Assembly (NCBI GenBank): GCA_040905425.1
Contig: JBBDRO010000064.1
Span: 1 to 30,138, forward strand
DNA length: 30,138 nt
Direction: 5' to 3'
Origin: Gemmatimonadota bacterium
GTDB taxonomy: Bacteria > Gemmatimonadota > Gemmatimonadetes > Longimicrobiales > RSA9
The translations under genes were made by a program, and so were the position numbers. Under the pieces are notes generated by a model. It saw only the letters and a list, made by a program, of their open reading frames with translations. It was not told where the DNA came from and ran no database searches. This document shows positions 19,116 through 28,186 of this stretch, in pieces (position 1 is the stretch's first letter; every line of letters starts with the position of its first letter).

Positions 19116-19141
19116 CCCCTGCCGCTCGTGCCGGGTAGGTT
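19112..19141 (+). promoter_or_regulatory. putative sigma70-type promoter of gltX (leaderless)
   Basis: TTGACC (19112-17), 18 nt, TAGGTT (19136-41), 7 nt, ATG; no SD sequence. Confidence 0.6.
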
Positions 19142-19148
19142 GGCGCGC

Positions 19149-20606
19149 ATGAATGAATCTCAGCTCCGGGTGCGTTTTGCGCCCTCGCCCACGGGCTACC
19201 TGCACGTGGGTGGCGCCCGTACGGCCCTCTTCAACTGGCTGCTGGCCCGCCACGCCGGCGGCGTCTTCATCCTGCGCATCGAGGATACCGACCGTAGCCG
19301 CTCTGAGGAGGCCATGACGGCGGCCATCCTCGAGGGGATGAGTTGGCTCGGCCTGGACTGGGACGAGGGCCCCTTCCACCAGGCGGACGGCCTCGAGCGC
19401 CATCGTGCGGACGCGTTCCGCCTCCTGGAGGCGGGCCACGCCTACCGGTGCTTCTGCACGCCCGGGGTCCTCGAGGAACGGCGCGCGGCGGCGGGCACCA
19501 CGCCGGATGCCTACCGCTACGACCGGCACTGCCTCACGGCCGTACCCGCGGCCGAGGGGGAGCGCCGGGCGAGCGCGGGTGAGCCGCACACGATCCGCTT
19601 CCAGGTGCCCGACGGGCGCACCGAGTGGCAGGACGCGGTGCACGGCGTCATCGGCTTCGACAACGCCGACATCGAGGATTTCATCATCCTGCGCACCGAC
19701 GGCTCGCCCATCTACAATCTGGCGGTGGTCAGTGACGACGTGGACATGCGCGTCAACCTGGTGTTGCGCGGTGACGACCACATCAGCAACACGCCCAAGC
19801 AGCTCATGCTCTACCGCGCACTGGGCGTGGAGCCACCGCGCTTTGCCCACGTGCCGCTCATCCTGGGCACGGATGGCAAGCGGCTCTCCAAGCGGCACGG
19901 GGCCACGGCCGTGGGGGAGTATCGGCATCAGGGCATCCTGCCGGAAGCCATGACCAACTTCCTGGCCCTGCTCGGCTGGAATCCCGGCACGGAGGAGGAG
20001 ATCTTCACCGTCCCCGAGCTGGTGGACGCGTTCTCCCTGGAGCGTATCAACCACAAGAGCGCGGTCTTCGATCCCGACAGGCTGCTCTGGCTGAACGGGC
20101 AGCACATCAGCCGCACATCGGCCGCGCAGCTGGCGGACGGCTTCGTGGCGCAGGTGGAGGCGGCCGGGCTGGCCAACGGCCAGGAGCTGCGCGCCAGGGA
20201 TCAGGAGTTGCACACCCTCATCGACCTCCTGAAGCCGCGCGCCCGCGTGCTGGACGACCTGTGCGCCCAGGCCGGTCCCTACCTGGCGGAGCGCGTCACC
20301 GTGGACGAGGCCGCGGCGGCCAAGCACTGGAAGGAGCCGGCCCTGGCGGCGGAGCGCCTGGAGCGGCTGCGGGAGCGGCTGGCCGGTGTGGAGCCCTGGG
20401 ACGAGGAGACCCTGGAGGGTGTGCTGCGCGAGGAGGCCGAGGCCCTGGGTGTGGGAGCCGGCAAGCTCATCCATCCGCTGCGCCTGGCGCTGCTCGGCGT
20501 GGCGGTCTCCCCGGGCATCTTCGAGGTGCTGGTCTACTTCGGGCGGGAGCGGACGTTGCTGCGCATCGATGACGCCGTCGAGAACCTGCGCCGGCGCGCC
20601 GCGTAG
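19149..20606 (+). CDS. gltX: glutamate--tRNA ligase
   Basis: RFAPSPTGYLHVGG (HIGH), LRIEDTD, YRCFCT, RGDDHISNTPKQ, RLSKRHG (KMSKS); full anticodon-binding domain ending SPGIFE. Confidence 0.97.
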   Translation: MNESQLRVRFAPSPTGYLHVGGARTALFNWLLARHAGGVFILRIEDTDRSRSEEAMTAAILEGMSWLGLDWDEGPFHQADGLERHRADAFRLLEAGHAYRCFCTPGVLEERRAAAGTTPDAYRYDRHCLTAVPAAEGERRASAGEPHTIRFQVPDGRTEWQDAVHGVIGFDNADIEDFIILRTDGSPIYNLAVVSDDVDMRVNLVLRGDDHISNTPKQLMLYRALGVEPPRFAHVPLILGTDGKRLSKRHGATAVGEYRHQGILPEAMTNFLALLGWNPGTEEEIFTVPELVDAFSLERINHKSAVFDPDRLLWLNGQHISRTSAAQLADGFVAQVEAAGLANGQELRARDQELHTLIDLLKPRARVLDDLCAQAGPYLAERVTVDEAAAAKHWKEPALAAERLERLRERLAGVEPWDEETLEGVLREEAEALGVGAGKLIHPLRLALLGVAVSPGIFEVLVYFGRERTLLRIDDAVENLRRRAA

Positions 20607-20692
20607 CGGGCGCGGCGGAGGTGAAGGGCATCGTCGCTTACAAAGGATGCAGTGACGAATCGCCGCCCGGCGTCCCCCGGAGCGCGCTCGTC

Positions 20693-20722
20693 TTGACCCG
20701 AGCGGTCCGATTGCCTTACGAT
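20693..20722 (+). promoter_or_regulatory. putative promoter of tRNA-Gln (and possibly lexA-tadA)
   Basis: TTGACC (20693-98), 18 nt, TACGAT (20717-22), ending 11 nt before the tRNA. Confidence 0.6.
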
Positions 20723-20733
20723 ATGAGTCGGAC

Positions 20734-20806
20734 TGCCCCTTGGTGTAACTGGCAACACGCCTGACTCTGGATCAGGAGAGTCCTGGTTCGAGCCCAGGAG
20801 GGGCAA
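20734..20806 (+). tRNA. tRNA-Gln (anticodon CTG); CCA not encoded
   Basis: Cloverleaf: acceptor TGCCCCT/AGGGGCA, D arm GTGT/ACAC, anticodon arm CCTGA-CTCTGGA-TCAGG (CTG at 20767-69), T arm CCTGG-TTCGAGC-CCAGG; U1-A72 pair. Confidence 0.97.
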
Positions 20807-20922
20807 CTTCGTGGGGAGTGCGGCAACCCGCCGCCCTGCCCGAGGGGCGCGGACCGGGCAAGCGGGTTCGCGCCTTCCTCATGGGCCCCGATGGCGCCAC
20901 GCCCCGTGGTGCGGAGGCGACG

Positions 20923-21540
20923 ATGCCCGAGCGGCTTACCGATCTCGAGCGCAGCATCTACGACTATCTGGTCGACTACCTGCGCCGGAACACCTACCAG
21001 CCCTCCATCCGCGAGATCGGCCGCGCCTTCCGCATCAAGAGCACGAAGACGGTTTCCGAGCTGCTGCAGGCGCTGGCCGACAAGGGCTGGGTGGAGCGGG
21101 ACGCCTCGCGCTCGCGCGGCGTGCGGCTGCTCGGCCTGGACGCGCCCGAGGGCACGGTGGCGGTGCCGTGGCTGGACAAGACGCCGGACCACGAACGCCT
21201 CCTCGGCTCCCTGCAATTCGACCGCAAACTGGTCTCCGGTGCCGGCGTATTCATCGTGGCCATGCCGGACGATTCCCTGCGCGGGGAGGGGATCCGTGCG
21301 GGTGATCTGCTGCTCATGGAACCCGTGCGTGCCGGTGCGGCCGTGGGTGGCGAGGTGGTGCTCGCCCGTGGGGATGACACCGCCATCGTGCGGCGCCTGG
21401 TCCGCCGCGACGGCGCCCTGGTGCTCGAAGCCGAGGGGACGCCGCCCGTACCCGTCGGCCCCCGGGTGCAGCTCGAAGGACGGCTGGCGAGCGTGGTACG
21501 GCGTGTCCGGGTCCCGGAGGGAGAGCCCTCTCCGGCGTGA
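20923..21540 (+). CDS. lexA: LexA-family repressor with degenerate S24 peptidase domain
   Basis: LexA winged-helix N-domain (LTDLERSIYDYL...QPSIREIGRAFRIKSTKTVSELLQALADKGWVER...SRGVRL). C-domain remnants FIVAMPDDSL-GEGIRAGDLLLM and GEVVLAR...IVRR. GGAGG RBS. Confidence 0.85.
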   Translation: MPERLTDLERSIYDYLVDYLRRNTYQPSIREIGRAFRIKSTKTVSELLQALADKGWVERDASRSRGVRLLGLDAPEGTVAVPWLDKTPDHERLLGSLQFDRKLVSGAGVFIVAMPDDSLRGEGIRAGDLLLMEPVRAGAAVGGEVVLARGDDTAIVRRLVRRDGALVLEAEGTPPVPVGPRVQLEGRLASVVRRVRVPEGEPSPA

Positions 21541-22019
21541 GCCAGACTGCGGCGGTCCTGGAGCCCGCACGGTCCGCAGACCGCACGTGGATGGCCCGGG
21601 CGCTGGAGCAGGCGTATGCGGCGTCGATGGTGGACGAGGTCCCCGTCGGCGCCGTCGTGGTTCGCGAGGGCCGGCTGGTGGCCGAGGCGCACAACCTCAC
21701 GCGCACCGTGCGCGATCCCACGGCCCATGCCGAGCTGGTGGCGCTGCGCCGCGCCGCGCAGCGCCTGGGTGACGCCCGCCTGGTCGACGCCACCGTCTAC
21801 GTCACGCTCGAGCCGTGCGCCATGTGCGCCGGCGCCATGGTGCTCGGGCGCATCGCCCGGCTGGTCTACGGCGCGGCCGATCCCAAGAGCGGCATGTGCG
21901 GTTCGCTCGGCTGCGTGCTGCAGGATCCCCGCCTGAATCATCGCGTGGCGCTCACGGCCGGCGTGCTGGCCGCACCCGCGGGGGAGCTGCTGCGTACTTT
22001 CTTCCGCGCGCGCCGCTGA
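21537..22019 (+). CDS. tadA: tRNA adenosine(34) deaminase
   Basis: Motifs EVPVGAVVV, DPTAHAE, YVTLEPCAMCAGA, YGAADPK, LNHR, LLRTFF. GTGA overlap with lexA. Confidence 0.93.
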   Translation: MSQTAAVLEPARSADRTWMARALEQAYAASMVDEVPVGAVVVREGRLVAEAHNLTRTVRDPTAHAELVALRRAAQRLGDARLVDATVYVTLEPCAMCAGAMVLGRIARLVYGAADPKSGMCGSLGCVLQDPRLNHRVALTAGVLAAPAGELLRTFFRARR

Positions 22020-22032
22020 CCCCTTTTTAAGC

Positions 22033-22081
22033 GACGATGCCCGGCGGCCCGCACCGGGTGCGCGGCCTGCCGGGCATCGTC
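22033..22081. terminator. hairpin between convergent tadA and the NhaC-family gene (probable terminator)
   Basis: 13-bp perfect arms GACGATGCCCGGC / GCCGGGCATCGTC with additional inner pairing; no downstream U-tract on either strand. Confidence 0.6.
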
Positions 22082-22099
22082 ACCTCCCTGGCACCGGCT

Positions 22100-23779
22100 T
22101 CACGCCGGTCGCGCCGGGACCGGATCCTCCGGGCGCCGCTCCGCCACCACCTCCATGGCCGGCCGGCCCACGAAGCGCAGGATGCCCCAGAGGACGGCTA
22201 CGCCCGCGCCGAGTGCTATGGCGGGGTGCAGCCCGAGCGCCGTGCCCAGGTCTCCCAGGAGCATGGCCACCACGGCCACGGTGACCGCGTAGGGCAGCTG
22301 CGTGCGCACGTGATCCACGTGATCGCACGCGCTGGCCATGGAACTGAGCACCGTGGTGTCGGAGATGGGGGAGCAGTGGTCCCCGAAGATCGAGCCGGCC
22401 ATGACCGAGCTGATGACGCCCAGCAGGATGGTGTAGTCCCCCTGCTCGAAGCCCACACCCGCGCCCATGGCCACCGCCAGCGGAATGACCACCGGAAAGA
22501 GAATGGCCATGGTCCCCCACGAGCTGCCCGTAGCAAAGGAAATCAGGGCGGCCACGATGAAGACCAGCAGGGGCAGCAGGAACATGGGCAGCGTGTCGGC
22601 CAGGATGCCGGAGAGGTAGGCCCCCGTGCCCATGGCCTCGGTGATGTCTCCCAGCCCCCACGCCAGCACCAGGATGACCACCGCCAGCAGCATGGCGCGC
22701 ATGCCGCCGAGCCAGGCCTCCACGGCCTCGCGGATGTTCAGGATGCCCTGTGCCACGGCCAGGCCCATGGCCACCACCACACCCACGAACGAGGCCCAGA
22801 TCAGCGTGCTGAAGGGGTCGGCGCCGCCCACCACGTCGGTGATGCCGTGCGGGCCGGGGCCCAGGGCTTCGGTGGCGGCCGCCGAGCCGGTGTACCAGAT
22901 GCCCGCCAGCGCCGTGGCGATGACCGCGAGCACGGGGATGCCCGCGTTGCTCCAGCGGTGCGGCTTGCCGGGCGGCGGCACCATGATGCCGCCCTCCACG
23001 TCGGCGGCGGGCATGGCGCCCGGCGCCAGCAGGCCGCCGCCGGTGCGCGCCCGCACTTCGGCCCGCAGCATAGGGCCGAAATCCCGCCGGGTGGTCACCG
23101 TGAGGAGCACGAAGATCAGCGCCAGGATGGGATAGAAGAGGAACGGGATGGAATGCAGGAAGACGTTGAACGGGTTGGCGGCCGCCGCGCGGATGGCCTC
23201 GGCCGCCGCCGCATCGGTGCTCTGCGCCGCGGCGGCGTTCAGGGACTCCCCGATGAGCGAGATCTCGAAGCCCACCCAGGTGGAGATCACCGCGATGGCG
23301 GCCATGGGCGCCGCCGTGGAGTCCACCACGTAGGCCAGCTTCTCCCGGGAGATCTTCAGGCGGTCCGTCACGGGCCGCATGGTGTTGCCCACGATGAGCG
23401 TGTTGGCGTAGTCATCGAAGAAGATGATGATGCCGGAAAGCCAGGTGAAGAACAGCCCGCGGCGGGGTGTGGAGGCGTGCGGCCCGAGCGTCTCCACGAT
23501 ACCCAGCGTGCCGCCGCTGCGGCTCATCACCCCCACCATGCCGCCCAGCAGGAGCGAGAACATGATGATGGCAATCTTGTCTCCGTCACCGGTGAGGGCA
23601 CCGAGCATGTGCGTGTCCACGCTGCGCAGCGTGGCGGCCACGGGATCGTAGCCCGCCAGCACCAGCGCGCCCAGCCAGATGCCGGCGAACAGGGATATGA
23701 CCACCTCCCGGAAGATGAGCGCCATGAGGATGGCGAGCAGGGGCGGGAGGAGACTGAGCCAGCCGGGTTCCACGATCAT
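22100..23779 (-). CDS. NhaC-family Na+/H+ antiporter-like membrane transporter
   Basis: Motifs GWLSLLPPLLAI, IFFDDYANTLIVG, ISREKLAYVVDSTAAP, ISFATGSSWGTMAIL, GSIFGDHCSPISDTTVLSS, DHVRTQLPYA. Confidence 0.9.
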   Translation of the reverse strand: MIVEPGWLSLLPPLLAILMALIFREVVISLFAGIWLGALVLAGYDPVAATLRSVDTHMLGALTGDGDKIAIIMFSLLLGGMVGVMSRSGGTLGIVETLGPHASTPRRGLFFTWLSGIIIFFDDYANTLIVGNTMRPVTDRLKISREKLAYVVDSTAAPMAAIAVISTWVGFEISLIGESLNAAAAQSTDAAAAEAIRAAAANPFNVFLHSIPFLFYPILALIFVLLTVTTRRDFGPMLRAEVRARTGGGLLAPGAMPAADVEGGIMVPPPGKPHRWSNAGIPVLAVIATALAGIWYTGSAAATEALGPGPHGITDVVGGADPFSTLIWASFVGVVVAMGLAVAQGILNIREAVEAWLGGMRAMLLAVVILVLAWGLGDITEAMGTGAYLSGILADTLPMFLLPLLVFIVAALISFATGSSWGTMAILFPVVIPLAVAMGAGVGFEQGDYTILLGVISSVMAGSIFGDHCSPISDTTVLSSMASACDHVDHVRTQLPYAVTVAVVAMLLGDLGTALGLHPAIALGAGVAVLWGILRFVGRPAMEVVAERRPEDPVPARPA

Positions 23780-23869
23780 GCGTCGTCCGGGTCCTGGGAA
23801 GCGCCGAGGCGCCGCGGGCCGCCGTGGGGGCGCCGGCGCGACGCGTGGATTACGGGGGTGGGTCGGCCC

Positions 23870-23898
23870 AAGGTAGGCGGGTGCGGCCGACGTGTAAA
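23870..23898 (-). promoter_or_regulatory. putative promoter of the NhaC-family gene
   Basis: Minus strand TTTACA, 17 nt, TACCTT. Confidence 0.55.
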
Positions 23899-23949
23899 GC
23901 GGCGGCCGCGCCGCGTCCCATCCACGCGTGAAGTCGTCCCCGGCCGCCG

Positions 23950-23978
23950 TTGACGCTCCATGCCCGCCTCCGTAGCTT
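23950..23978 (+). promoter_or_regulatory. putative promoter of pyrR-pyrB-pyrC-yhaM
   Basis: TTGACG (23950-55), 17 nt, TAGCTT (23973-78). Confidence 0.65.
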
Positions 23979-24014
23979 CCGCCGGCTTCACGGACCCCCT
24001 GCGGCAGGATGGTG

Positions 24015-24575
24015 ATGGACACACCCGAACGGCACGTATTGATGGGCGAGGAGGCCGTCCGGGAGGCCGTCGCTCGCATGGCCCGCGAGATCGTGGAGCG
24101 GAACGGCGGTACCGAGTTCCTCTCCCTGGTGGGCGTCCAGCGGCGCGGCGTGCATCTGGCCGGCTGGCTGGCGGATGCCATCGAGCGGGACGGCGGCGTG
24201 CGGCCGCCCGTGGGCACCCTGGACATCACCCTCTACCGGGATGACCTGACCGCCATCGGACCGCGCCCCGTACTGGGTGAGACGCGGCTCCCTGCGGGTG
24301 GACTGGATGGCCGCCGTCTGGTCATCGCGGATGACGTCCTCTACACCGGACGAACCGCCCGCGCGGCGCTGGACGAACTGGCCGACTTCGGCCGGCCGGA
24401 GCGGATCTGGCTCTGCGTGCTGGTGGACCGCGGCGGACGGGAGCTGCCTATCGCGCCGGATTTCGTGGGCAAGGTGGTGGAAACGGGCTCGGACGAACGG
24501 GTGGAGGTCCGCGTCCCCGACCTGGACGGCCGGCTGGCCGTGGAACTCATCCAACGCCAGGAGGACGCGTCGTGA
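24015..24575 (+). CDS. pyrR: PyrR bifunctional pyrimidine regulator / uracil phosphoribosyltransferase
   Basis: Motifs [47 protein letters not shown]. Start 24009 or 24015. Confidence 0.93.
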   Translation: MDTPERHVLMGEEAVREAVARMAREIVERNGGTEFLSLVGVQRRGVHLAGWLADAIERDGGVRPPVGTLDITLYRDDLTAIGPRPVLGETRLPAGGLDGRRLVIADDVLYTGRTARAALDELADFGRPERIWLCVLVDRGGRELPIAPDFVGKVVETGSDERVEVRVPDLDGRLAVELIQRQEDAS

Positions 24576-25543
24576 ACGAGCCTCCGACCTTCCTGGGAAA
24601 GGATCTGATCGGCCTGGCCGGCCTCTCCGCCGACCAGATCCGGGCCATCCTGAATACGGCCGAGCCGTTCAAGGAGATCAGCGAACGGGCCATCAAGAAG
24701 GTCCCGGTGCTGCGGGGCAAGACGATCGTCAATCTCTTCTTCGAGGCCTCCACGCGGACCCGTATTTCCTTCGAGTTCGCGGAGAAGCGTCTGTCCGCGG
24801 ACACCGTGAACATTGCCTCCACCGGCTCCAGCGTGCAGAAGGGTGAGACGCTGGTGGATACGGCGCGTAACCTGGAGGCCATGCGCATCGACATGGTGGT
24901 GGTGCGCCATGGCTCCTCCGGCGCGGCGCGCTTCCTGGCCGAGCGCATCCCCTCCAACGTCATCAACGCCGGGGACGGCCGTCACGAACATCCCACGCAG
25001 GGCCTTCTGGACATGCTCACCATCCGCGACCGGCTGGGACGGATCGAGGGCGTGAAGGTGTGCATCGTGGGAGACATCCTGCACTCGCGGGTGGCGCGCT
25101 CCAACCTGTGGGGGCTGACCAAGCTGGGGGCCGAGGTGGCCGTGTGCGGGCCGCGCACGTTACTGCCCACCGGCGTGGAGGAGATGGGCGTGCAGGTCTT
25201 CGGGCGCATCGAGGAAGCCATCGAGTGGGCGGACGTGCTGAACGTGCTCCGCCTGCAGTTGGAGCGCATGCACGGGGGCTACGTGCCCAGCCTGCGCGAA
25301 TACAACAGGGTGTTCGGCGTCTCCCGGGAGCGCGTGGAGCGTGCCCCGCGGGACCTGGTCATCCTGCACCCGGGCCCCATGAACCGGGGCGTGGAGATTG
25401 ACAGTGACGTTGCCGACGGACCGCACTCGGTGATCCTGAACCAGGTGACCAATGGTGTGGCGGTCCGCATGGCGGTGCTCTACCTGCTGGCGGGTGGCGC
25501 ACCGGAGCAGGCCGAAGCGGCCAAGCACGGGGAGGGCGGATGA
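24572..25543 (+). CDS. pyrB: aspartate carbamoyltransferase catalytic subunit
   Basis: Motifs [57 protein letters not shown]. Confidence 0.97.
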   Translation: MNEPPTFLGKDLIGLAGLSADQIRAILNTAEPFKEISERAIKKVPVLRGKTIVNLFFEASTRTRISFEFAEKRLSADTVNIASTGSSVQKGETLVDTARNLEAMRIDMVVVRHGSSGAARFLAERIPSNVINAGDGRHEHPTQGLLDMLTIRDRLGRIEGVKVCIVGDILHSRVARSNLWGLTKLGAEVAVCGPRTLLPTGVEEMGVQVFGRIEEAIEWADVLNVLRLQLERMHGGYVPSLREYNRVFGVSRERVERAPRDLVILHPGPMNRGVEIDSDVADGPHSVILNQVTNGVAVRMAVLYLLAGGAPEQAEAAKHGEGG

Positions 25544-26838
25544 CGAGCGAACGGCCTCTGCTCCTGCGGGGCGGACGGGTGGTGGATCCCTCCACCGGAC
25601 TGGACGAGGTGGCGGACGTGCTCCTCGTGGACGGCCTGGTGGAGGCCATCGGCAGCGGGCTGGGCGCCCCGGACGGGGCGGACGAGCGTGACGTGGCGGG
25701 CCTGGTGGTCTGCCCGGGGCTCATCGACCTGCACGTGCACCTGCGCGAGCCCGGCTACGAGCACAAGGAGACCATCGCCACGGGCGCCCGGGCGGCGGTG
25801 GCGGGTGGCTTCACGGCCGTATGCGCCATGCCCAACACGGATCCGCCGATCGACGACCCCGCCACCGTGGGCTTCGTGCGGGCGGCGGGCGAGCGGGCCG
25901 GCGCGGCCCGGGTCTATCCCACCGGTGCGGTGTCCGTGGGCCAGAACGGCGAGCGGCTCACCGAGATCGGTGAGATGGTGGCGGCCGGCGCCGTGGCCAT
26001 CACCGACGACGGCCGCCCCGTATCCAGCGCGGGGCTCATGCGGGTGGCCCTGGAGTACGCCCGCACCTTCGGTATCCCGGTGGCCAGCCACTGCGAGGAT
26101 CTGGCGCTGTCGGACGGCGGCTCCATGAACGAGGGCGCCATTGCCACGCGCATGGGGCTCTTCGGCATTCCGAACGCCGCCGAGGATGTGATGATTGCCC
26201 GGGACCTGCTCCTGGCCGAACTCACGGGTGGCCGGATCCACATCCAGCACGTCACCACGCGCGGCGGCGTGCGTATGATCCGCGATGCCCGGGAGCGGGG
26301 CATTGCCGTGAGCGCCGAGGGCACACCGCACCACTGGACGCTCACGGACGCGGCCGTGGAGGGCTACCACACGAACGCCAAGGTGAACCCGCCGCTGCGC
26401 ACGGAGGCGGACCGCCAGGCCGTGCTAAAGGGGGTGGTGGACGGCACACTCAACGTCATTGCCACGGATCACGCGCCCCATCACTACGATGAGAAGGAGC
26501 AGGCGTTCGATGACGCGCCCTTCGGACTCGTGGGGTTGGAGACCGCGCTGGGCCTGGCGCTCACGGAACTGGTCCACGCTGGGCACATGGACCTGGCCAC
26601 GCTCGTGGAGCGCATGAGCTGTGCGCCCGCACGGGCGTTCAGTCTCCCTGGTGGCACCCTCCGGCAGGGAGCGCCGGCCGATGTCACGGTGTTCGATCCG
26701 GATGCCGCGTGGGTCGTGGATCCGGCCGCCTTCGTGTCACGCAGCCGCAACACCCCCTTCACCGGTCGGGAACTGCGCGGGCGGGCGCGTCTGACCGTGG
26801 TGGGCGGGCGGGTAGTGTACACCTCCGAGTCGGCGTGA
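25540..26838 (+). CDS. pyrC: dihydroorotase (type I, metal ligands intact)
   Basis: Motifs [43 protein letters not shown]. Confidence 0.95.
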   Translation: MTSERPLLLRGGRVVDPSTGLDEVADVLLVDGLVEAIGSGLGAPDGADERDVAGLVVCPGLIDLHVHLREPGYEHKETIATGARAAVAGGFTAVCAMPNTDPPIDDPATVGFVRAAGERAGAARVYPTGAVSVGQNGERLTEIGEMVAAGAVAITDDGRPVSSAGLMRVALEYARTFGIPVASHCEDLALSDGGSMNEGAIATRMGLFGIPNAAEDVMIARDLLLAELTGGRIHIQHVTTRGGVRMIRDARERGIAVSAEGTPHHWTLTDAAVEGYHTNAKVNPPLRTEADRQAVLKGVVDGTLNVIATDHAPHHYDEKEQAFDDAPFGLVGLETALGLALTELVHAGHMDLATLVERMSCAPARAFSLPGGTLRQGAPADVTVFDPDAAWVVDPAAFVSRSRNTPFTGRELRGRARLTVVGGRVVYTSESA

Positions 26839-28085
26839 GTCCCGGATCCATGGCGGCTCGAGCAGGCGTGCCGGGTATCCGGGAATGGCTGGCGGCAGCG
26901 CCCTTTCCGTGGCCGTCCGCCAGGGAACTGGAGGCAGGCGCCGACGTGGTGGCGTGCTACTGCCTGACCGGCCTGCACGTGGGCAAGACCAAGCACGACA
27001 AGAGCTACCTCAAGCTCCAGCTGTCCGACGCGCACGGCACCCTCGAGGGGCGGGTCTGGGATGGCGCCGACGCCCTGGCCGAGCAGCTCCGCGAGGGCAT
27101 GTACGTGGGTGTCAGAGGTCGCCTGGAGATCTTCAACAACCTGCGCCAGGTGAAGGTGGAGAGCATCTCCGCCGTGCGGGTGGATCTGGGCGAGCTGCCG
27201 CTGTTCCTGCCGCGTTCACAGCGTGATCCGGCGGAGATGAACGCGGAACTGGCCGAGTGGGTGGGGTCCATAACCGACCTGCCGCTCCGTGCCCTGGTGG
27301 AGCGGCTGGTGGGGGAGGACAGTCCGTACGGGGAGGGCTTCCGCCTGGCCCCCGCTGCCAAGATGAACCATCACGCCTACCTGGGTGGCCTGCTGGAGCA
27401 CACGCTCTCGGTGGTGGCGGCGTGTGACTTCCTGGCGGGCCACTACGGACCGGCGCTGGACCGCGACCTGCTCGTGGCCGGCGCCCTCCTGCATGACATC
27501 GGCAAGGTGGCCGAGATCAGCGCCCAGCCCGGCTTCCCCTATACCGACGAGGGCAAGCTCCTGGGGCACATGCTGCTGGGCCTGCGCATGGTGGACGAAG
27601 CGGCCAGCGGGCTGGAGGGGCTGCCGCCGGCGCGTCTGGATCTGGTGCGCCACCTCATCGCGGCGCACCAGGGGCGCTACGAATGGCAGAGCCCTCGCGA
27701 GCCACGCACGCTGGAAGCGCTGCTGCTGCACCACGTGGATGACATGGACGCCAAGATGACGCCGGCGCTGGCTCTGGTGGCTGCCACGGATGGTGGCTGG
27801 ACCGGGTGGAGCCGGAGCCTGGGCAAGGAGTTCTTCCGGCATCTGGAGCCGGGAGCGGCGCGGCGGGACGAGGATTCGTACGAGGCGGCGCCGCCGACCG
27901 AGGCGGTGGCGGCCGAAGACCGGCGACCGGACACGCCCCGCGACGGGCCCCCGGCGGAGCCTCCGCGACCGGACACGCCGCCCCTGGGCGAGGCGCCGTC
28001 GGCGACCCCGGGTTCCGCCACACCGCCCCGTGAGGAGCCATCGAACGACGCGGCCGCCGACACGCTGGACCTCTTCGGCAAATAG
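26835..28085 (+). CDS. yhaM: YhaM/Cbf1-family 3'-5' exonuclease (OB fold + HD domain) with a disordered C-terminal tail
   Basis: OB fold (YLKLQLSDAHGTLEGRVW) and HD motifs (PAAKMNHHAYLGGLLEHTLSV, LLHDIGK, YTDEGKLLGH, LHHVDDMDAK). Start is GTG 26835 overlapping the pyrC stop, or ATG 26850. Confidence 0.85.
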   Translation: MSPGSMAARAGVPGIREWLAAAPFPWPSARELEAGADVVACYCLTGLHVGKTKHDKSYLKLQLSDAHGTLEGRVWDGADALAEQLREGMYVGVRGRLEIFNNLRQVKVESISAVRVDLGELPLFLPRSQRDPAEMNAELAEWVGSITDLPLRALVERLVGEDSPYGEGFRLAPAAKMNHHAYLGGLLEHTLSVVAACDFLAGHYGPALDRDLLVAGALLHDIGKVAEISAQPGFPYTDEGKLLGHMLLGLRMVDEAASGLEGLPPARLDLVRHLIAAHQGRYEWQSPREPRTLEALLLHHVDDMDAKMTPALALVAATDGGWTGWSRSLGKEFFRHLEPGAARRDEDSYEAAPPTEAVAAEDRRPDTPRDGPPAEPPRPDTPPLGEAPSATPGSATPPREEPSNDAAADTLDLFGK

Positions 28086-28122
28086 GGCCGCCCGCACACC
28101 CGATGGGGTGGCGGCATGAGCG

Positions 28123-28156
28123 GGAGGCCCCCGTGACGTGGGTCACGGGGGCCTCC
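28123..28156. terminator. probable bidirectional terminator between yhaM and rpsT
   Basis: 15-bp perfect stem GGAGGCCCCCGTGAC-GTGG-GTCACGGGGGCCTCC between convergent stop codons. Confidence 0.7.
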
Positions 28157-28186
28157 TCGTTCAGCGGATGTCTGGAGCGGCTGGTG

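Noticed and set aside
20734..21540. tRNA-Gln as an integration site with the LexA-like gene as a prophage repressor
   Set aside because: No integrase, no duplicated tRNA 3' end and no phage genes. The N-domain is LexA-type winged helix, and the gene is coupled to housekeeping tadA.
25540..26838. Inactive pseudo-dihydroorotase (PyrC') partner of PyrB
   Set aside because: HxH, Asp, His, His and the catalytic Asp (ATDHAPH) are all present.
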